This document shows, in pieces, positions 61,148-64,000 of a stretch of DNA of 64,000 bases. The notes beneath the pieces were generated by a model. That model did not search any database. It worked only from the letters and a program-made list of their open reading frames with translations, and was not told the DNA's origin. Source of the stretch: Macrostomum lignano (taxonomy: Eukaryota); NCBI GenBank assembly GCA_002269645.1, contig NIVC01000620.1, forward strand, positions 186,001 through 250,000. The letters run 5' to 3'. Position numbers and translations under genes: made by a program. Position 1 is the stretch's first letter; every line of letters begins with the position of its first letter.

Positions 61148-61680
61148 TGGCGACTTAAGTAGAAGGACGGGAGACCTCGTCTCTTAGAAAATGTTAGAAG
61201 GCAGGTTTTCCCGAGAAAACACACTACGGAGATAGAAAGCTTTCATTTTTTCAGCACAAAAATTGTTATTGCTTTTGATAGGAGGCAGATCCAGTGTTCA
61301 TCTTTTGATATGTTGTGCCTTTCTTATTGCTCTATCGATATTCATATCAGGATTCTATGTTAATTTTAATTCTACGTACATTTCCTGTACCTAAAAACAA
61401 TAATAATGCATTGCACAGCTCTAAATCTTTGGTTTTATGAATCTATTTCATCATTTGTGCTACGCATATTTGTTACACAGTCAGCTAAAAATGATAAAAC
61501 AGACTCATAAAGCCAAAGAGCCGAGCTGTGCCATTCTAATGGTTTTTAGGCACAAGACATGCGCAAATTGTGCTGAAAAAATGAAAACTTCCTATCTCCG
61601 CAGTGTATTCTCTCGGGAAAACCGGCCTTCTAAATTTTTCTAAGAAACCAGGTTTTCCGTCTTTCTACTTAAGTCGTCCT
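61148..61680. mobile_element. MITE-like element with ~115-bp imperfect TIRs
   Basis: cgacttaagtagaaggacgg...ttttcccgag...ggagatag...tttttcagcac is mirrored at ~61565-61680. TTAA lies near both ends (61138, 61684). Confidence 0.8.
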
Positions 61681-61863
61681 TGATTAAAGCATTCAGCATT
61701 GATAATTTTTTATGAGCCTGACCAAAAAATCCTTGAGTTACAGTTCCATGCTTCAAATTAACTCAATTTAATCAGAACAATCACTCTAGATAGAAGACAA
61801 TAGAAAGACAATTATTCTTTTATTGAAAATTTCTATCATGCAGGCGAGAAGGAATGGAGAGCA

Positions 61864-62010
61864 TCAGATTCCGCGAATCCGCAGCAGCAGGAGGGCCAGC
61901 AGCAGCAGCCCCGAGGCCCAGGCGATCGCCGACACGAAGCCCAAATAGACAGGGGCGGCCGTGAAGCCGAAACCTGCAGTGCGGCGGGTTATCAGTGCTT
62001 GCATAATGCG

Positions 62011-62046
<36 letters not shown>

Positions 62047-62047
62047 T

Positions 62048-62090
<43 letters not shown>

Positions 62091-62207
62091 GGCAGACAGG
62101 CAGACAGACACACAGACAGACAGACACACAGACAGACAGACACACAGACAGACAGACACACAGACAGACAGACACACAGACAGACAGACACACAGACAGA
62201 CAGACAC

Positions 62208-62242
<35 letters not shown>

Positions 62243-62369
62243 CAGACAGACAGACAGACAGACAGACAGGCAGACAGACAGACAGACAGACAGACAGACA
62301 CACAGACAGACAGACAGACAGGCAGACAGACAGACAGACAGACAGACACACAGACAGACAGACGGACAC

Positions 62370-62404
<35 letters not shown>

Positions 62405-63396
62405 CACAGACAGACAGACAGACAGACAGACACACAGACAGACAGACAGACAGACACTAAGATGGACAGACAGACAGACACTAAAAAAGACAGGTAGGCA
62501 TGCATGCAGACAGACAGACAGACAGACAGATAGACAGGCAACCCAGACCGGACACGCAGCAGCTCAATCTCACCCCTGCTCAGCACGGATCTCATGGCCT
62601 CCACAGACTGGCTGATCGGCAGTCCCCTACTGATGAAGCGCAGATACTGCGGCATGGCCTCAGCAGGCCAGATGATGCCGCTGAGCAGCAGGTTGGGGTA
62701 CATGGTGCCCAGGGCAGCTTGAATAGCGGAGTTCTCAGCTGAGCACAGGGCGGAGATCATGAGCCCGAGTGACATTCCGGTGAAACCATTCAACAGCGCC
62801 AGCAGGATGACCCATAGCACGGAACCGTGACACGGCACCTGAAACACCACCAGAGAGAAGAACAGAAGCAAGCCGGTCTGCCCGGCCATGATGAGCAGCT
62901 GGGTGAGCATATGGCCCAGCATCAGCTCCAGTATGGTGACCCCGGCAACAAGACTTCGATCTAGCAGGCCCTCCTTTCGTTCCAACACGAAGCTGAGCGC
63001 AGTGAGTCCGGTAGCCATGAAGAATACAATGGTGACAATCATTCCAGGGGCCATGAACTCCGTAAAGCTGGGATTATCAGTTCCTAGCAACGGAGCGTCC
63101 ATGACAACCGGTAGACTGACCAGCTCTGGCGATAATCCAAATTGGGAGAGCAAATCTCCGGCAAATTTTTGAAATGATTCAGCGACAGACTTTTGAATCA
63201 TCAGGCTGACTTGATAGTTGGAGTTGTCCAGTTGCAGGTGGACACTGCCGCCACTCAGGGTGGCGTTGGTGGCAGCCGTCGGGTTTGAGAAGCGCGCGAG
63301 CAGGTCGGTAGAGAAATTTGCGCCAAGAGAGAGCACCGCCCAGGCGCGAACGTTGCGAACTTCAGTGCGAGCTTCTTCCAGATTTTTGAATGGTTT
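61864..63396 (-). CDS. ABC-2-type (ABCH-like) transporter, last two exons (63396-62574 and 61973-61864)
   Basis: [44 protein letters not shown]...[15 protein letters not shown] intron 62573-61974; acceptor CAG at 63397-63399. Confidence 0.9.
62005..62540. repeat. (CAGA)n-type compound microsatellite filling the last intron
   Basis: Directly visible in the sequence. Confidence 0.98.
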
Positions 63397-63404
63397 CTGT
63401 GGGT

Positions 63405-64000
63405 GGGAGTTTGAGTAGGGTGTCTGCAGTGGAGTTTGAGTAGGGTGTCTTTACATATAGTAGAGTTTGAGTAGGGTGTCTGTAGTACAGTTTGAGTAGG
63501 GGGTCTGTAGTACAGCTTGAGTAGGGGGTCTGTATTAGATTGAGTAGGGTGTCTGTAGTAGAGTTTGAGTAGGGTGTCTGTAGTATAGTTTAAGTAGGTT
63601 TTCTGTAGTAGAGTTTGACTAGGGTGTCTAGTAGATTGAGTAAGGTGTCTTAATTAGACTGAGTAGGGTATCCGTAGTAGACTGAGTAGGGTGTCTGTAG
63701 TAGAGTTTGAGTAGGGTGTCTGTCTGTAGTAGAGTTTGAGTAGGGTGTCTGTCTGTAGTAGAGTTTGAGTAGGGTGTCTGTCTGTAGTAGAGTTTGAGTA
63801 GGGTGTCTGTCTGTAGTAGAGTTTGAGTAGGGTGTCTGTCTGTAGTAGAGTTTGAGTAGGGTGTCTGTCTGTAGTAGAGTTTGAGTAGGGTGTCTGTCTG
63901 TAGTAGAGTTTGAGTAGGGTGTCTGTAGTAGAGTTTGAGTAGGGTGTCTGTAGTACAGTTTGAGTAGGGTGTCTGTCTGTAGTAGAGTTTGAGTAGGGTG
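63405..64000. repeat. 25/29-bp intronic minisatellite (gtctgtagtagagtttgagtagggt)n, runs off the window
   Basis: Directly visible in the sequence. Confidence 0.97.

Noticed and set aside
61820-62742. Long RQTD/VCLS-repeat ORFs
   Set aside because: Translations of the (CAGA)n intronic microsatellite, not genes.

Overview
Eukaryotic, very repeat-rich DNA, probably from an invertebrate (a flatworm-like host is only my guess), built from nested mobile elements. The main element is a decayed but nearly complete 22.1-kb Polinton/Maverick (adintovirus-like) provirus at 1959-24084. It has ~630-bp TIRs ending in hairpins and encodes a PrimPol/D5-type primase-helicase, a protein-primed PolB with a degenerate exonuclease, a discoidin-bearing fibre-like protein, an adenain-like protease, penton, packaging ATPase, major capsid protein, core proteins and an apparent PLA2-integrase polyprotein. 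It is interrupted by a solo LTR (in PolB), a 2.9-kb Helitron (in a core gene) and a duplication-flanked membrane-protein cassette. Other content, left to right: a Penelope-type hammerhead ribozyme, a SAP-gag fragment, a Penelope fragment, a divergent TBP-like pseudogene split by a piggyBac, a mariner fragment, an R2-like 3' fragment outside rDNA, a Gypsy LTR element whose gag-PR-RT region is replaced by an antisense gene resembling a negative-strand RNA virus (Qinviridae-like) nucleocapsid, an 8.3-kb intron-containing Helitron with an RPA-like gene, an APE/RT LINE, two tandem intronless Zn-finger/coiled-coil host paralogues, two MITE-like elements, and the 3' end of an ABC-2/ABCH-type transporter gene. 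All family calls come from motif recognition by eye; no searches were run. Several frameshifts fall in homopolymer runs and may be assembly errors, but in-frame nonsense codons show that at least part of the decay is real.
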